In this document: piece by piece, positions 28,186 to 37,881 of the stretch
Layout: every line of letters begins with the position of its first letter
Position numbering within the stretch: position 1 is the stretch's first letter
Source: Cohaesibacteraceae bacterium
GTDB lineage: Bacteria > Pseudomonadota > Alphaproteobacteria > Rhizobiales > MH13
NCBI GenBank assembly: GCA_028281795.1
Contig: JANQJE010000088.1
Span: forward strand, 1 to 42,107
DNA: 42,107 bases
Direction of reading: 5' to 3'
The notes under the pieces: generated by a model
What the model was told of the DNA's origin: nothing
The model's database searches: none
Seen by the model: only the letters and a program-made list of their open reading frames with translations
Translations under genes and position numbers: made by a program

Positions 28186-29346
28186 CTAATGCGAGTAGGG
28201 GTCGGCTGCATCGCGCAGGCCGTCACCGAGAAAATTGAAAGCCAACACGGCGACCACCACGGCGCCACCGGGCACCATCAGCCAGGGGGCTGTGACCACA
28301 GCGCGGATGTTCTGTGCTTCCTGGAGCAGGACGCCCCAACTCACCACCGGCGGACGCAGGCCGATGCCGAGGAAGGAAAGGGCTGTTTCCGCCAGGATCA
28401 TGGATGGGATCGCAAGCGTCACTGTGGCAATGATGTGGCTGAGGAAGCTTGGCGCCATATGGCGCAGAATGATCCGCCCTTCCGACGCACCATCAAGGCG
28501 CGCGGCGGCGACATAGTCGTCGTCTTTGATGGACAGGAACCTGCCGCGTACCTCGCGCCCGAGGTCGGTCCATCCGACGAGGCTGACGATGGCGGTAATG
28601 ATCAAATAGACCATCAATGGATGAAAACCGAGCGGAATGGCCGCCGCCAGTCCCATCCATAACGGGATGGTCGGGATCGAGCGGATGAACTCGATCAAGC
28701 GCTGGATGGCTGTGTCGATCCAGCCCCCATAGTAGCCGGAAATGCCGCCCAGAACGATGCCGAGGAAAAGGGACAGAAAGACGCCAACAAGCCCAATGGA
28801 CAACGACACGCGCGCGCCATGGATGACCCGGCTGAACATATCCCGGCCCAACCGGTCGGCGCCCCAGATGTAAAACGGTGCTCCGACCTCTTCTGGCCCG
28901 AAGAGCTTAACAGTTGCCGGAATGAGACCGAGCAACAGGTAGGGTTCGCCCTCGACAAAGAAGCCGACAGGGATGCGCTCCTCTTCATCGAGGACGAAGG
29001 TCCGCCGGAAGGTCTCTCGGTCGAGCTCCGTGCGGTAAGCATTGACGTGCAATCCCCACTGCCGCTCACCGGCGTCGTCGACATAGCTCCAGCGCAGTTC
29101 CTGGGGCGGTGCGTAGGTGAAACGTGGATTGAAGTCATTTGGGTCGGCGGGCGCCAGAACCTCAGCAAAAATGGCAATCATGTAGAGGACGAGAACAACG
29201 ACGCCTGAAGCCATAGCGAGCTTGTGGCGGCGGAACTTCCACCACATCAGCTTCCATTGGCTGGCGACCTCGGCGCCTTGGGCAGCGACGATCGCCGGGG
29301 CGTCGTCGGGCCCGAGCGGCGTTGCGGTGTCGGTTGTCATAGCCAT
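28186..29346 (-). CDS. Opp/Dpp-type ABC permease (OppC-like)
   Basis: GADRLGRDMFSR, YVAAARLDGAS, ETALSFLGIG, GDGLRDAADP. Start approximate (29346 or 29340). Confidence 0.93.
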   Translation of the reverse strand: MAMTTDTATPLGPDDAPAIVAAQGAEVASQWKLMWWKFRRHKLAMASGVVVLVLYMIAIFAEVLAPADPNDFNPRFTYAPPQELRWSYVDDAGERQWGLHVNAYRTELDRETFRRTFVLDEEERIPVGFFVEGEPYLLLGLIPATVKLFGPEEVGAPFYIWGADRLGRDMFSRVIHGARVSLSIGLVGVFLSLFLGIVLGGISGYYGGWIDTAIQRLIEFIRSIPTIPLWMGLAAAIPLGFHPLMVYLIITAIVSLVGWTDLGREVRGRFLSIKDDDYVAAARLDGASEGRIILRHMAPSFLSHIIATVTLAIPSMILAETALSFLGIGLRPPVVSWGVLLQEAQNIRAVVTAPWLMVPGGAVVVAVLAFNFLGDGLRDAADPYSH

Positions 29347-29356
29347 CGCCGGCGCC

Positions 29357-30346
29357 TCACGAATAGCGGATGCGCGGGTCGAGCCACGCAAGCAGAATGT
29401 CGGATACCAGGGTGCCAATCACGGTGAGCACCGACAGGATCAGAATGAAGGAGCCGGCGAGGAACATGTCCTGGCTCTGAAGGGCTGTCAGGAGAATGGG
29501 TCCGGCTGTCGGCAGGTTAAGCACGATGGAGGTGATCGCGGCGCCCGAGACCAGTGCCGGCAACTCCCAGCCAAGGCGGCTGACAAACGGGTTGAGCGCG
29601 ATCCGCACCGGATAACGCATGATGAGCACGGCCTCGGATTGGCCCTTGGCCCGGGCCGTCTCGACATAGGGTTTGTTCAACTCATCAAGCAGATTGGCGC
29701 GCATGACACGGATCAAAGCGGCGGTCGATGCCGTGCCGATGATGATCATCGGGATCCAAAGATGGGCCAGGAAATCCATGAGCTTGGCGAACGACCAAGG
29801 TGCGCCCGCATATTCGGGACTGAAGAGGCCGCCAGGCGTAACGCCAAATACCTGAAGCGAGATCACCATCAGGACAAGCGCCAACAGGAAGTTGGGCACC
29901 GCTAGGCCAAGAAAGCCGAAGAAGGTGAAGACATAGTCGCCGAGCGAGTATTTGCGAATGGCTGAGTAGACTCCGATCGGAAAGGCGACGCAGTAGACGA
30001 ACAGCAAAGAGGCCAGCGAGACGACGAAGGTCAGCCCAATGCGGCCCCAAAGGAGATCGCTGACCGGCGCGTTCCATTCAAACGAACGACCAAAATCACC
30101 CTCGAAGATGATGTTGGAAATCCACTTCCAATACTGAATGATGAAGGGATCGTTCAGGCCGTAGCGCTCACGCAGCATCTCGATCTGCTGGCGGTCGACC
30201 GTCTCACCACCTTCTGCGGTCAATTGAGCGACATAGGCATTGAGATAATCGCCAGGTGGAAGCTGAACGACGATGAACGTCACGAAGCTGATCAGGATCA
30301 GCGTCGGGATCATCAGAAGAATACGGCGGGCAATGTAACGCAGCAC
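29357..30346 (-). CDS. Opp/Dpp-type ABC permease (OppB-like)
   Basis: YIARRILLMIP, LPPGD, GDFGRSF, YVETARAKG, LDPRIR. Confidence 0.95.
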   Translation of the reverse strand: MLRYIARRILLMIPTLILISFVTFIVVQLPPGDYLNAYVAQLTAEGGETVDRQQIEMLRERYGLNDPFIIQYWKWISNIIFEGDFGRSFEWNAPVSDLLWGRIGLTFVVSLASLLFVYCVAFPIGVYSAIRKYSLGDYVFTFFGFLGLAVPNFLLALVLMVISLQVFGVTPGGLFSPEYAGAPWSFAKLMDFLAHLWIPMIIIGTASTAALIRVMRANLLDELNKPYVETARAKGQSEAVLIMRYPVRIALNPFVSRLGWELPALVSGAAITSIVLNLPTAGPILLTALQSQDMFLAGSFILILSVLTVIGTLVSDILLAWLDPRIRYS

Positions 30347-30499
30347 GGCGTGAAGCTCCGTCGGTCAAAGGAGGCGGGACAGATGCTGGGCCATGGCCCA
30401 ACACCAAGCGCCCGGGGGGAGAGTTTGGGGAGGAATCGGGATCGGCATTGCAGCGCTCAGCACGCGCTCCGCCGGTCCCTAGTTTCGTCAGGATCAATC

Positions 30500-32428
30500 T
30501 CAACGCAAGCTTTCGTCATCGATCCAGAAATGCGCCGGATGGTAAGGTCCAGGAGGTGCGAACGCGAAGCTGCCATGCATCACGTCTGGCACGTTGCGCA
30601 TATGATCCAGCTTGAAGGAGTATTGAATTTCCTCCGAGCAGGTGCCGAGAGCGAAGAAATTGTCCGCCGTGATTTGCAGGATTTCGGCGAAGAACTCGAA
30701 CTGCTCGGCAGGGACCGAGGTTTCACCCATCTCGCGATAAAGAGCGATCTGGCGCTGAACCTGTTCAGGTGGTTCCTGGGCGTTGTCCATACCGGCGTAC
30801 CAGTAGAACCAGGGAATGCCGAAACCCTGATCGTCGTCCACGGGCAGATAAGGCGCGGCGGCCAGTATCGCGTCGGCAAGTGCCGAGGAATGATCCTCCA
30901 TCAGGATCATGTGCTGATTGGCATCACGCCGCTGGTCAGACAGGGAGCGTTCAACGACGTCAAGCTGTACATCAACCCCGACCTGGCCCCAGTAGCGGGA
31001 GGCAAGATCAGCGATATCGATCATGTCCTGCTTGTCTGTACGCACCTGAACAACCAGCGTGATCCGTTCACCGTCTGCGCGCAACCGGAAGCCCTGGCTG
31101 TCACGTTCGGCGAAACCGGCCTGATCCATCAACTGGTTGGCCAGATCGACATCATATTCCAAATGCTGGTTGGCGAGCTGCTCATTGTAAAGCGGGGGAA
31201 ATTCCGGGCTCACTGCAATCTGACGAGGGACAGCGGCACCTGCAAATACGGTGTCGCAAATTGCTTCGCGGTCAAGCGCGTGGGAAAGACCCGCACGGAA
31301 ATCCCGGCTTGCCAAAACCTCGCGCATCGCTTCGTCTTCGAAGGTCTGGTTGAAGTAGATGGCCCCTTCATTAGCGCTTGAGGGGATCAGCCGGATGAAC
31401 TCCATGCCGAGTTCCTCGGCCGCATCGGCCAGAAGCGGGCGGTTCGGAACGGTGTTGATATGCCGGCCGTGGAAGTCCATCTCACCCGCCAACGCCTGAA
31501 GCAACATCACCTCGTTGTCCTGGTAGACTTGGAAGATGACGTCATCGATGTAGGGCAGCTGATTCCCCTCTTCATCTATCTTGAAATAGTAAGGGTTGCG
31601 CACGGCGCGCACCTGCGTTCCTTCGCCGAACGGATCCTCAATCACCCATGCCGCCAAAGTCGGTTTGCCGGCATTCTGGTAGGATGACCAGCGGGCGTTG
31701 AAGAGGTCGACCCAGCTGTCAAAACCAGACTCGGCGACCAGTTGGTCAATGCCGTCCGGATTGTGGTCGGGATGGAACTGCGACATGTAGTGCCGTGGTA
31801 GCTTGAGCAATCCGTCGCCCATTTCCGACGACGATACGCGCGACAGGTCTTGAAGGAATGTCCCGTACGGCTCACCAAAGGTGACAGTGAAGGTGCGTTC
31901 ATCAAGCGCTTCGACGGTCGCCCAGCCTGCAGCATTGCGATAGGAGCGCGATGGGATGCCGAGGTTCGGATCGCGCAGCATCTCCATAGCAAACACCATG
32001 TCGGCGCTTGTCAGCGGCGTGCCGTCCGACCAGAGATGGCCTTCGCGTAGCGTGAAGGTGAAGACCGTGGAATCCTCATTGGCTTCAACACTTTCGGCAA
32101 CATTGGGCACAACGCCGGTCCAGTCCTGGTTCCACATCACCAAGTGATCGTAGTTGATCGTCCGGTACATCCAGCTGTCCGTGCGGCTGGACGCAGCGGT
32201 CCGCCACGTACCGCCATATTCACCGACTTCCTCAATAGCTTCGATAACCAGGGGATTGGCCGGTATGCGCTCGGCCAGTGGCGGCAAATCGCCGGACTCC
32301 ACCAGCGCATCAAGCATCGGTGCCTGGTGCAGATGGCCATCGGCGGTTGCGGTTACGGAAAAGCCCCCGGCAAGCGCCAGGGTCAGCGCGGCGGTGCCAA
32401 CCGACCGGCGCAGGTGTTGCATGGTCAT
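30500..32428 (-). CDS. Family 5 ABC substrate-binding protein (oligosaccharide-binding Opp-type subgroup)
   Basis: Signal peptide, APML...GDLPPLAERIPANP, GEYGGTWR, LREGHLWSDG, RNPYYFKIDEEGNQLPYID. ATG 32428 follows GGAGG. Confidence 0.92.
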   Translation of the reverse strand: MTMQHLRRSVGTAALTLALAGGFSVTATADGHLHQAPMLDALVESGDLPPLAERIPANPLVIEAIEEVGEYGGTWRTAASSRTDSWMYRTINYDHLVMWNQDWTGVVPNVAESVEANEDSTVFTFTLREGHLWSDGTPLTSADMVFAMEMLRDPNLGIPSRSYRNAAGWATVEALDERTFTVTFGEPYGTFLQDLSRVSSSEMGDGLLKLPRHYMSQFHPDHNPDGIDQLVAESGFDSWVDLFNARWSSYQNAGKPTLAAWVIEDPFGEGTQVRAVRNPYYFKIDEEGNQLPYIDDVIFQVYQDNEVMLLQALAGEMDFHGRHINTVPNRPLLADAAEELGMEFIRLIPSSANEGAIYFNQTFEDEAMREVLASRDFRAGLSHALDREAICDTVFAGAAVPRQIAVSPEFPPLYNEQLANQHLEYDVDLANQLMDQAGFAERDSQGFRLRADGERITLVVQVRTDKQDMIDIADLASRYWGQVGVDVQLDVVERSLSDQRRDANQHMILMEDHSSALADAILAAAPYLPVDDDQGFGIPWFYWYAGMDNAQEPPEQVQRQIALYREMGETSVPAEQFEFFAEILQITADNFFALGTCSEEIQYSFKLDHMRNVPDVMHGSFAFAPPGPYHPAHFWIDDESLR

Positions 32429-32493
32429 GGATAGTCCTCCCGTGACGCGAGTTTTCTCGCTGTGCACCGCCACGGTATCTTTCTACGTTAATA

Positions 32494-32529
32494 TGTCAAC
32501 AGTCAAAATTATATTTCACTAGTTGAAAT
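32494..32529 (-). promoter_or_regulatory. Promoter/operator module 1: TTGACA -35 with TTTCA-N5-TGAAA palindrome 14 bp upstream
   Basis: TGTCAA at 32494-32499. TTTCA-CTAGT-TGAAA at 32514-32528. Confidence 0.7.
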
Positions 32530-33824
32530 TAGATAAACGCGGACTTTTCAACCTTGTGACCCGCGGCAAGGAAGGGGCGCCCCATGGCGATCAGACCGAC
32601 GGCTCCTAAGGCCGCGGCTGCGATCAGGGCTATGGAGAGTGAGAAGACGTCCGATAGAGCGCCAACAGCTAAGGCTCCAAACGCACTGCCTGCCTTGAGA
32701 AACAGGTTGTAGTACCCCATCACCCGCCCGCGCATCGCGTCGTCGACGGCAAACTGCAGAAGCGTTTGTGTGCCTGCGGCGCGCACGATCATGCAGCCGC
32801 CAACCACAAACAGGATCGCAAATGCGATCACGGGCTCGCGCACCATCGCGAGAGCTGCGATCAGGGCCATAAGCAGCAACATGAAGGCGAGCAGGAGGCG
32901 TGCTAGCCCCTCGACCCGGCTTCGCGAAGCTAGCCATAATCCGCCAACAATGGCACCGGCACCAATACAGGCTGTGAGCAGGCCAACCGTTTGAGCGTTA
33001 CCGGCAAACAACAAGACGGCCACGGCCGGCATGAGCGGAATGATCGGTCGTGCGCAGACGGCAAACAGCAGGTGCAGAATGAGAACGGTCCGAACGGACT
33101 CATCCCGCATCACATATCGGGCGCCCGCTGCCAGGCTACGCCCAAGAGATTCTCGTTGCGACTCTTTCACCCGCAACTCCCCCGCCTGCGGCCGCTTCAG
33201 CGAGATGCTGAAGAGGACGGCAAGAAAGATGGATTGAAGCAAGGCGGTGACCACATAGGCCGCCAAAACGCCCTGCCAGGCGATCAGAGCGCCGGCGGCT
33301 GCCGGACCCACAAAGGCGGCAAGATTGAAGGTGATGGACCCGACAGGGATGGCAACGGGCAGCCAGGCTTTGGGTACAAGGTGCCAGACAAAGGCTTTGT
33401 TTGCCGGATTGGCCACCGACTGAAGGCTTCCGATGGCGAACACCAGAAAGCAGAGGACTCCAATCGACAAAAGATTTGCTGCCAAAAACGCGGCGAGCAG
33501 GATGTAGCCCGTTACCACGCCAACCTTGCACAGGCGCATCAGATCCAGCGGCCACATGCGATCGGCCAATGCGCCGCCCACCGGACCAAGAACAAGCGAC
33601 GGTGCAAGGCGCAAGAAGGCTATGACACCGAGCCAGGTGCCTGATTGTGTCAGCTCCCAAACCAGCCAACCTGTAGCGAGCTGTTCCATCCAGATGCCGA
33701 TGGCCGCCAGTGTCCTTCCTGCATAGAAGGGCGCGACGTGCGGTAGTGCAAAAAGTCCGGTCAGATTGCGAATGCTTGGTTGAAGCTGACGATCCACAAG
33801 GGGTTCGTCCTCGGCATCGGGCAT
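32529..33824 (-). CDS. MFS transporter (DHA3/MFS_3-like)
   Basis: About 12 TM segments, GIWME...WLVWELTQS, GGALADR, MRGRVMG. Confidence 0.92.
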   Translation of the reverse strand: MPDAEDEPLVDRQLQPSIRNLTGLFALPHVAPFYAGRTLAAIGIWMEQLATGWLVWELTQSGTWLGVIAFLRLAPSLVLGPVGGALADRMWPLDLMRLCKVGVVTGYILLAAFLAANLLSIGVLCFLVFAIGSLQSVANPANKAFVWHLVPKAWLPVAIPVGSITFNLAAFVGPAAAGALIAWQGVLAAYVVTALLQSIFLAVLFSISLKRPQAGELRVKESQRESLGRSLAAGARYVMRDESVRTVLILHLLFAVCARPIIPLMPAVAVLLFAGNAQTVGLLTACIGAGAIVGGLWLASRSRVEGLARLLLAFMLLLMALIAALAMVREPVIAFAILFVVGGCMIVRAAGTQTLLQFAVDDAMRGRVMGYYNLFLKAGSAFGALAVGALSDVFSLSIALIAAAALGAVGLIAMGRPFLAAGHKVEKSAFI

Positions 33825-33933
33825 GCCTTGGTCCTTGGCTGCAACGCGGTCGCAAGCAGGGGTAAGAGCCCGGGCGCTTCGGCCGGTTTCGATAAATGAG
33901 AAACGCTGACAAGGCTACGCCTTTAACAGCAAT

Positions 33934-33968
33934 TGTCAAAGGGCAAAATGTATTTTCATCAAATGAAA
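33934..33968 (-). promoter_or_regulatory. Promoter/operator module 2 (same geometry as module 1)
   Basis: TGTCAA at 33934-33939. TTTCA-TCAAA-TGAAA at 33954-33968. Confidence 0.7.
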
Positions 33969-34817
33969 TTAATCAACAAGCGTTGCGTCACTCTTTTCTT
34001 GGTTCGCTTGGGGCCCTCGCCATCCCATCCGCCGAGAGGCATCATGAGCGGCTTCGTGCAGCGCTTTGGTCATGTCATCCTCTCGAGCAGCAAACTGACC
34101 GGTCAAAGTGGATACGGACATGGCGGCGACAACCGTCCCGGATCGATCGCGAATGGGTGCCGCCAGACAGCTGATTCCCAGTTCATACTCTTCGCGATCA
34201 TGCGCGATGCCACTGTCACGCACCGCGCCGAGCGCCTTAAGGACATCATCAATGGAGGCAAGGCTGTTGACCGTGGTGGTTTGCAGCGGATCACTGCCCA
34301 GTAGTTCACGGACACGACCCTCCCAGAGCCAGGCCAGTAATACTTTTCCCGACGCGCTCAAATGCGCCGGCGTGCGCATGCCGACGCGTGTCGCGGTGCG
34401 GATGGACCTTTGGCTTTCGCCGCTGTCGACATAGACGGCGTCAGCGTTTTCCAAGATGGCGAGCGAGACGGTTTGGTCGGTTTCTTCGGCGAGCCGCATC
34501 AGGATCGGGCGACAGATTTCTTGCAACCTTGTGTGAGACAGGAAGCGTGATCCGACCTCAAAGGCCTTCAAACCCACCTGATAACGGCCGCCGTCGTCCT
34601 GCAGCACGAAGTCATGAGCTCGTAATGTGTCGAGAAGGCGCAAAGCCGTGGCCGGCGACAGATCGGAGCGCTGTGCAATTTCGACCAGGGGGAGGTCTGG
34701 CGTATCCGCGATGATTGCCAGGATTCGCAAACCGCGATCGAGGGCACGGGTGAGGGGCTTGGGTTGGTCGGATTTTGGTGCCGGGCCACGGCGGCGAGGT
34801 TGTGTTGGGTTTGCCAT
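33969..34817 (-). CDS. IclR-family transcriptional regulator
   Basis: ALDRGLRIL HTH region, H-x-SASGKVLLA, DREEYELGISCLAAPI. ATG 34817 lies 4 bp after the upstream stop. Confidence 0.95.
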   Translation of the reverse strand: MANPTQPRRRGPAPKSDQPKPLTRALDRGLRILAIIADTPDLPLVEIAQRSDLSPATALRLLDTLRAHDFVLQDDGGRYQVGLKAFEVGSRFLSHTRLQEICRPILMRLAEETDQTVSLAILENADAVYVDSGESQRSIRTATRVGMRTPAHLSASGKVLLAWLWEGRVRELLGSDPLQTTTVNSLASIDDVLKALGAVRDSGIAHDREEYELGISCLAAPIRDRSGTVVAAMSVSTLTGQFAAREDDMTKALHEAAHDASRRMGWRGPQANQEKSDATLVD

Positions 34818-34821
34818 TGGC

Positions 34822-35736
34822 TCAGGCGGCGTCCCGGCTCGCGTCAAGGACTTGGGCCGCATTAAGCAAGGCGTCCGACACTTGCCGTTCTCCGCCGGTG
34901 TAAAAGAAATCGACGCCACGAAGAATACGCGTGTCGATCAATGCCGCACGTGTGGCTGTGCCGCGTATGAGATCAAGAAACGCACGGACATCACGGTCGT
35001 GTCGGGTTTCATTGGAACCGAACCAGGCAAAGACCGGACAGGTGACGCGGGCCAGCGCCGGTGGAAGGCTGCCATGGCCGTAGAGCTCTTTGAACATTTG
35101 TGCCCGGTCCAGGTACCAATCGGCGCTCACGGTACTTTTTAGGCTGTCACCACCCGTGCCCCATGGCATCAAGTCTCGTCCCCTACCTTCCGCCCGCATG
35201 GACCGCGCAAGGTCCAGATCGTCGTTGGACATTTTTTGACGAATTGCCGAGGCGGACGAAGCCAGTGCAAGGCCGGCAACCTCGCGGCGACCACTTTGTG
35301 CTTGGTAATGCAGTGCTTTTGCGCCACCAAAGCCATGGCCACCAAAGAGGACACGCCGATAGCCAAGGCCCAATGCAACATCAACCCAAGCTTCCAGATC
35401 ATACACGCAGTCGGTGAAGACCTCCCAGGCCGACCCGCCCAGGACAGGCTCTTCTCCACCACGGCACCAACTGCCGAAACCGTGCCCGCGCGTGTTCACC
35501 GTCAAGAACGGAACGCCAGCGGTGGCGGTCCGCCGTCCGATCTCCACATATTCTGGCTCGGCGAATCCCAACTGGCGAGTGTGAATCCAAATTGCGATCA
35601 GATCACGCTTGCCGAGATCCTGGGGCTCTATCAACAACCCCGACAGGTGCACCCCATCTTCCGCTCCTGCGGCGACGAGACGTTCGTGCGTCGGTGGGTC
35701 TTGGCGGCGAGACCGAGAAGGACGTTGTGACGGCAT
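34822..35736 (-). CDS. Alpha/beta-hydrolase-fold protein (DUF1749-like) lacking the catalytic Ser and His
   Basis: IWIH, NTRGHG, DCVYDLEAWVD, elbow GGHGFGG, CPVFAWFGSNE, GVDFFYTG. Confidence 0.7.
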   Translation of the reverse strand: MPSQRPSRSRRQDPPTHERLVAAGAEDGVHLSGLLIEPQDLGKRDLIAIWIHTRQLGFAEPEYVEIGRRTATAGVPFLTVNTRGHGFGSWCRGGEEPVLGGSAWEVFTDCVYDLEAWVDVALGLGYRRVLFGGHGFGGAKALHYQAQSGRREVAGLALASSASAIRQKMSNDDLDLARSMRAEGRGRDLMPWGTGGDSLKSTVSADWYLDRAQMFKELYGHGSLPPALARVTCPVFAWFGSNETRHDRDVRAFLDLIRGTATRAALIDTRILRGVDFFYTGGERQVSDALLNAAQVLDASRDAA

Positions 35737-35776
35737 CAGTGCTCCAACGGCAGCGCGAGTATTAAACCATTAGAAT

Positions 35777-35791
35777 TTTCATCTAGTGGAA
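35777..35791. promoter_or_regulatory. Third operator copy TTTCA-TCTAG-TGGAA in the divergent intergenic region
   Basis: One mismatch to the palindrome seen at 32514 and 33954. Confidence 0.55.
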
Positions 35792-35865
35792 TGCCATCTC
35801 AATAGTCGGAATTGCAAGGAGTTTCTTGGCTTGCGACGGAAATCGTCGGACGCCATAGTTAAGCT

Positions 35866-37881
35866 ATGCCCAAAAAACGCATTCTCTTCAAGTCTGCAGA
35901 ACGGACAGCCGGATCGGTTTGGCCGGCGCTTGCCCGCGTCGTTCAAGTCAATTTGGGGCTGTCGGATGCGATGTCGCTCGATATCGACGGCCTTGTCAGA
36001 GACCTAATCGCTCTTGGTGCAAATGGCGTGGTGTTCAACACTGGCGGTATTTACGCGTGGTATCCGACCGAACTTATCCACCACGGACGCAACCCATACC
36101 TCGTTGATCGCGATCTGGTTGCGGAGATGGCAGCCTCTGCAAGCGCAGAAGGACTCTCTTTCATAGGGCGCTATGACTTCTCACTCATTGAGGCCCCCTT
36201 GGCAGAAGGTAAGGAGGACTGGCTGACTTTGGGGGTCGATGGAGAGCCGCTCGAAATAGGTGGGCCGAGGGCGGATGGTCTCCCGGCTTTGCTGGCAACT
36301 GCAATGGCGGGGGATTATCGACGACTTGTTGCTCCGGAAATCATTCATGAAGCGCAAGGACGTACACCTTTGGATGCGGTGTTCTTTAACGCCCCGGAGC
36401 CTTTTCCAGATTGCCGGTCTGACACGCCGCAGCCGTCCGACCCAAAGGAAGCTGAAGCCGCCTTTTTCCAGAACTGGGGACTGTGGCGAGATGCGGTCGA
36501 AAAGGTCGACCCTGCATGCCGCATCCTGGGTCGGTTCAATGCTCTCCAGTATCGCAGTTTGCGTCATTTGGCTGAGACTTGCGATGTTCTAACGTCGCAA
36601 CCCCTGGACTGGCTGGATGGCGGAGCTTCTGGTCAGCGGCCTTCCTGGTTCGCAGCACTGACAACGAAGGTCGGCCGGCGTGCGATGAGCGACGAGCCGC
36701 CTCTGATAATTGTCCACGCCGCTCCCGGTTTGAGCTGGCGGCATGTTGGACTTCCTAGCGCGGAGGCGCGCATGTGGCTTGCGCAGGTATTGGCAAACGG
36801 CGGCGGGCTTTGGCAGACGCTGACTGCACTTCCAAATGCACAGGCCGATCGGCGGATGCTTGAAGACGTTGCATGGGCTAACCGGCGCGCTGAAGAGGCC
36901 GAGCCTTGGCTTACCAACACGCGCAGCCTGGCTTCGGCCGGGGTGGTCGTTCCAAGGCGATGGCATCACGATGCTGACCATGCCGAGGCGGCCGGCATCG
37001 TCGACGCGCTGACGATGGGCCGACGTTTCTATCACCCGCTCACAGAAGAGGATCTTACGGCTGATGGACTGGAGGGGTTGGAGGTTGTCATTCTTCCTTC
37101 GGTCGAGTGTCTCAGCGACGACGAGGCCGAAGTCATCAGACGGTTTGCGCAAGAAGGTGGCTGCGTTGTCGCGACCTTCCGCACAGGCTGGCGGGATGAA
37201 ACGGGGGTGGCACGGCCAGTTCCTGCGCTTGCCGACCTTTTTGGTATCTCATCGGCCGGCGAGCGCATTGATGATCTTTACGCAGGCTATCTGGCTTTGA
37301 ATGCCGACACGCCGCTGACGGAAAGGCTGGGAGACACAGCACTCGTGGCGGGGCAGGGGCCGTTTCAACAGGTGGAGCCCAGTTTGGACGCGGAGGTTTG
37401 GGCGAAGCTTGCTTCTCCCTTCGCGGCGCGGGGAGGCGTGGGCAAGCCTCCTGAGCGGGTCAGGAGACCAGAGTTGTCAAAGTGGCCCTCTGTGCTTTCG
37501 ACGGGCAAAACTGTCTACTTCGCCCACGCGGTGGGTTCCCTGATCACCCGTTATGGACTGCCTGATCATCGGAGCCTGGTTCTCGCGGTTCTTGATCATC
37601 TGGCCGAACCGCAAAGCGTTCAGGTTGAAGCACCGCCCGGTGTTCACGCCTCACTGTTTGAACAGGATGACCGCCTGATCCTACATCTGGTGAATGCTGT
37701 TGGAGCGAGGCCTCTAAGTGAGTGCGTCCCTGTCTACGATGTCGTTGTTTTTGCCAATGCTGAAGGCATGCGCACCGTACCTGATGGTACGGACTTAGCC
37801 AGCCGTCCGGATGGCAGTTTTGTGCTCGAGAAGCTTGACGTTTGGCAGATGATCGAAATCCGTCCCCACAGTCCTTCCTGA
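35866..37881 (+). CDS. Putative glycoside hydrolase (GHL6-like TIM barrel plus beta-galactosidase trimerization/GATase-like domain)
   Basis: GANGVVFNTGGIYAWYPT, RDLVAEM, GRYDFS, LDAVFFN, VVILPSVECLSD...FAQEGGCVVATFRTG, LILHLVN. Start could be 35971. Confidence 0.75.
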   Translation: MPKKRILFKSAERTAGSVWPALARVVQVNLGLSDAMSLDIDGLVRDLIALGANGVVFNTGGIYAWYPTELIHHGRNPYLVDRDLVAEMAASASAEGLSFIGRYDFSLIEAPLAEGKEDWLTLGVDGEPLEIGGPRADGLPALLATAMAGDYRRLVAPEIIHEAQGRTPLDAVFFNAPEPFPDCRSDTPQPSDPKEAEAAFFQNWGLWRDAVEKVDPACRILGRFNALQYRSLRHLAETCDVLTSQPLDWLDGGASGQRPSWFAALTTKVGRRAMSDEPPLIIVHAAPGLSWRHVGLPSAEARMWLAQVLANGGGLWQTLTALPNAQADRRMLEDVAWANRRAEEAEPWLTNTRSLASAGVVVPRRWHHDADHAEAAGIVDALTMGRRFYHPLTEEDLTADGLEGLEVVILPSVECLSDDEAEVIRRFAQEGGCVVATFRTGWRDETGVARPVPALADLFGISSAGERIDDLYAGYLALNADTPLTERLGDTALVAGQGPFQQVEPSLDAEVWAKLASPFAARGGVGKPPERVRRPELSKWPSVLSTGKTVYFAHAVGSLITRYGLPDHRSLVLAVLDHLAEPQSVQVEAPPGVHASLFEQDDRLILHLVNAVGARPLSECVPVYDVVVFANAEGMRTVPDGTDLASRPDGSFVLEKLDVWQMIEIRPHSPS

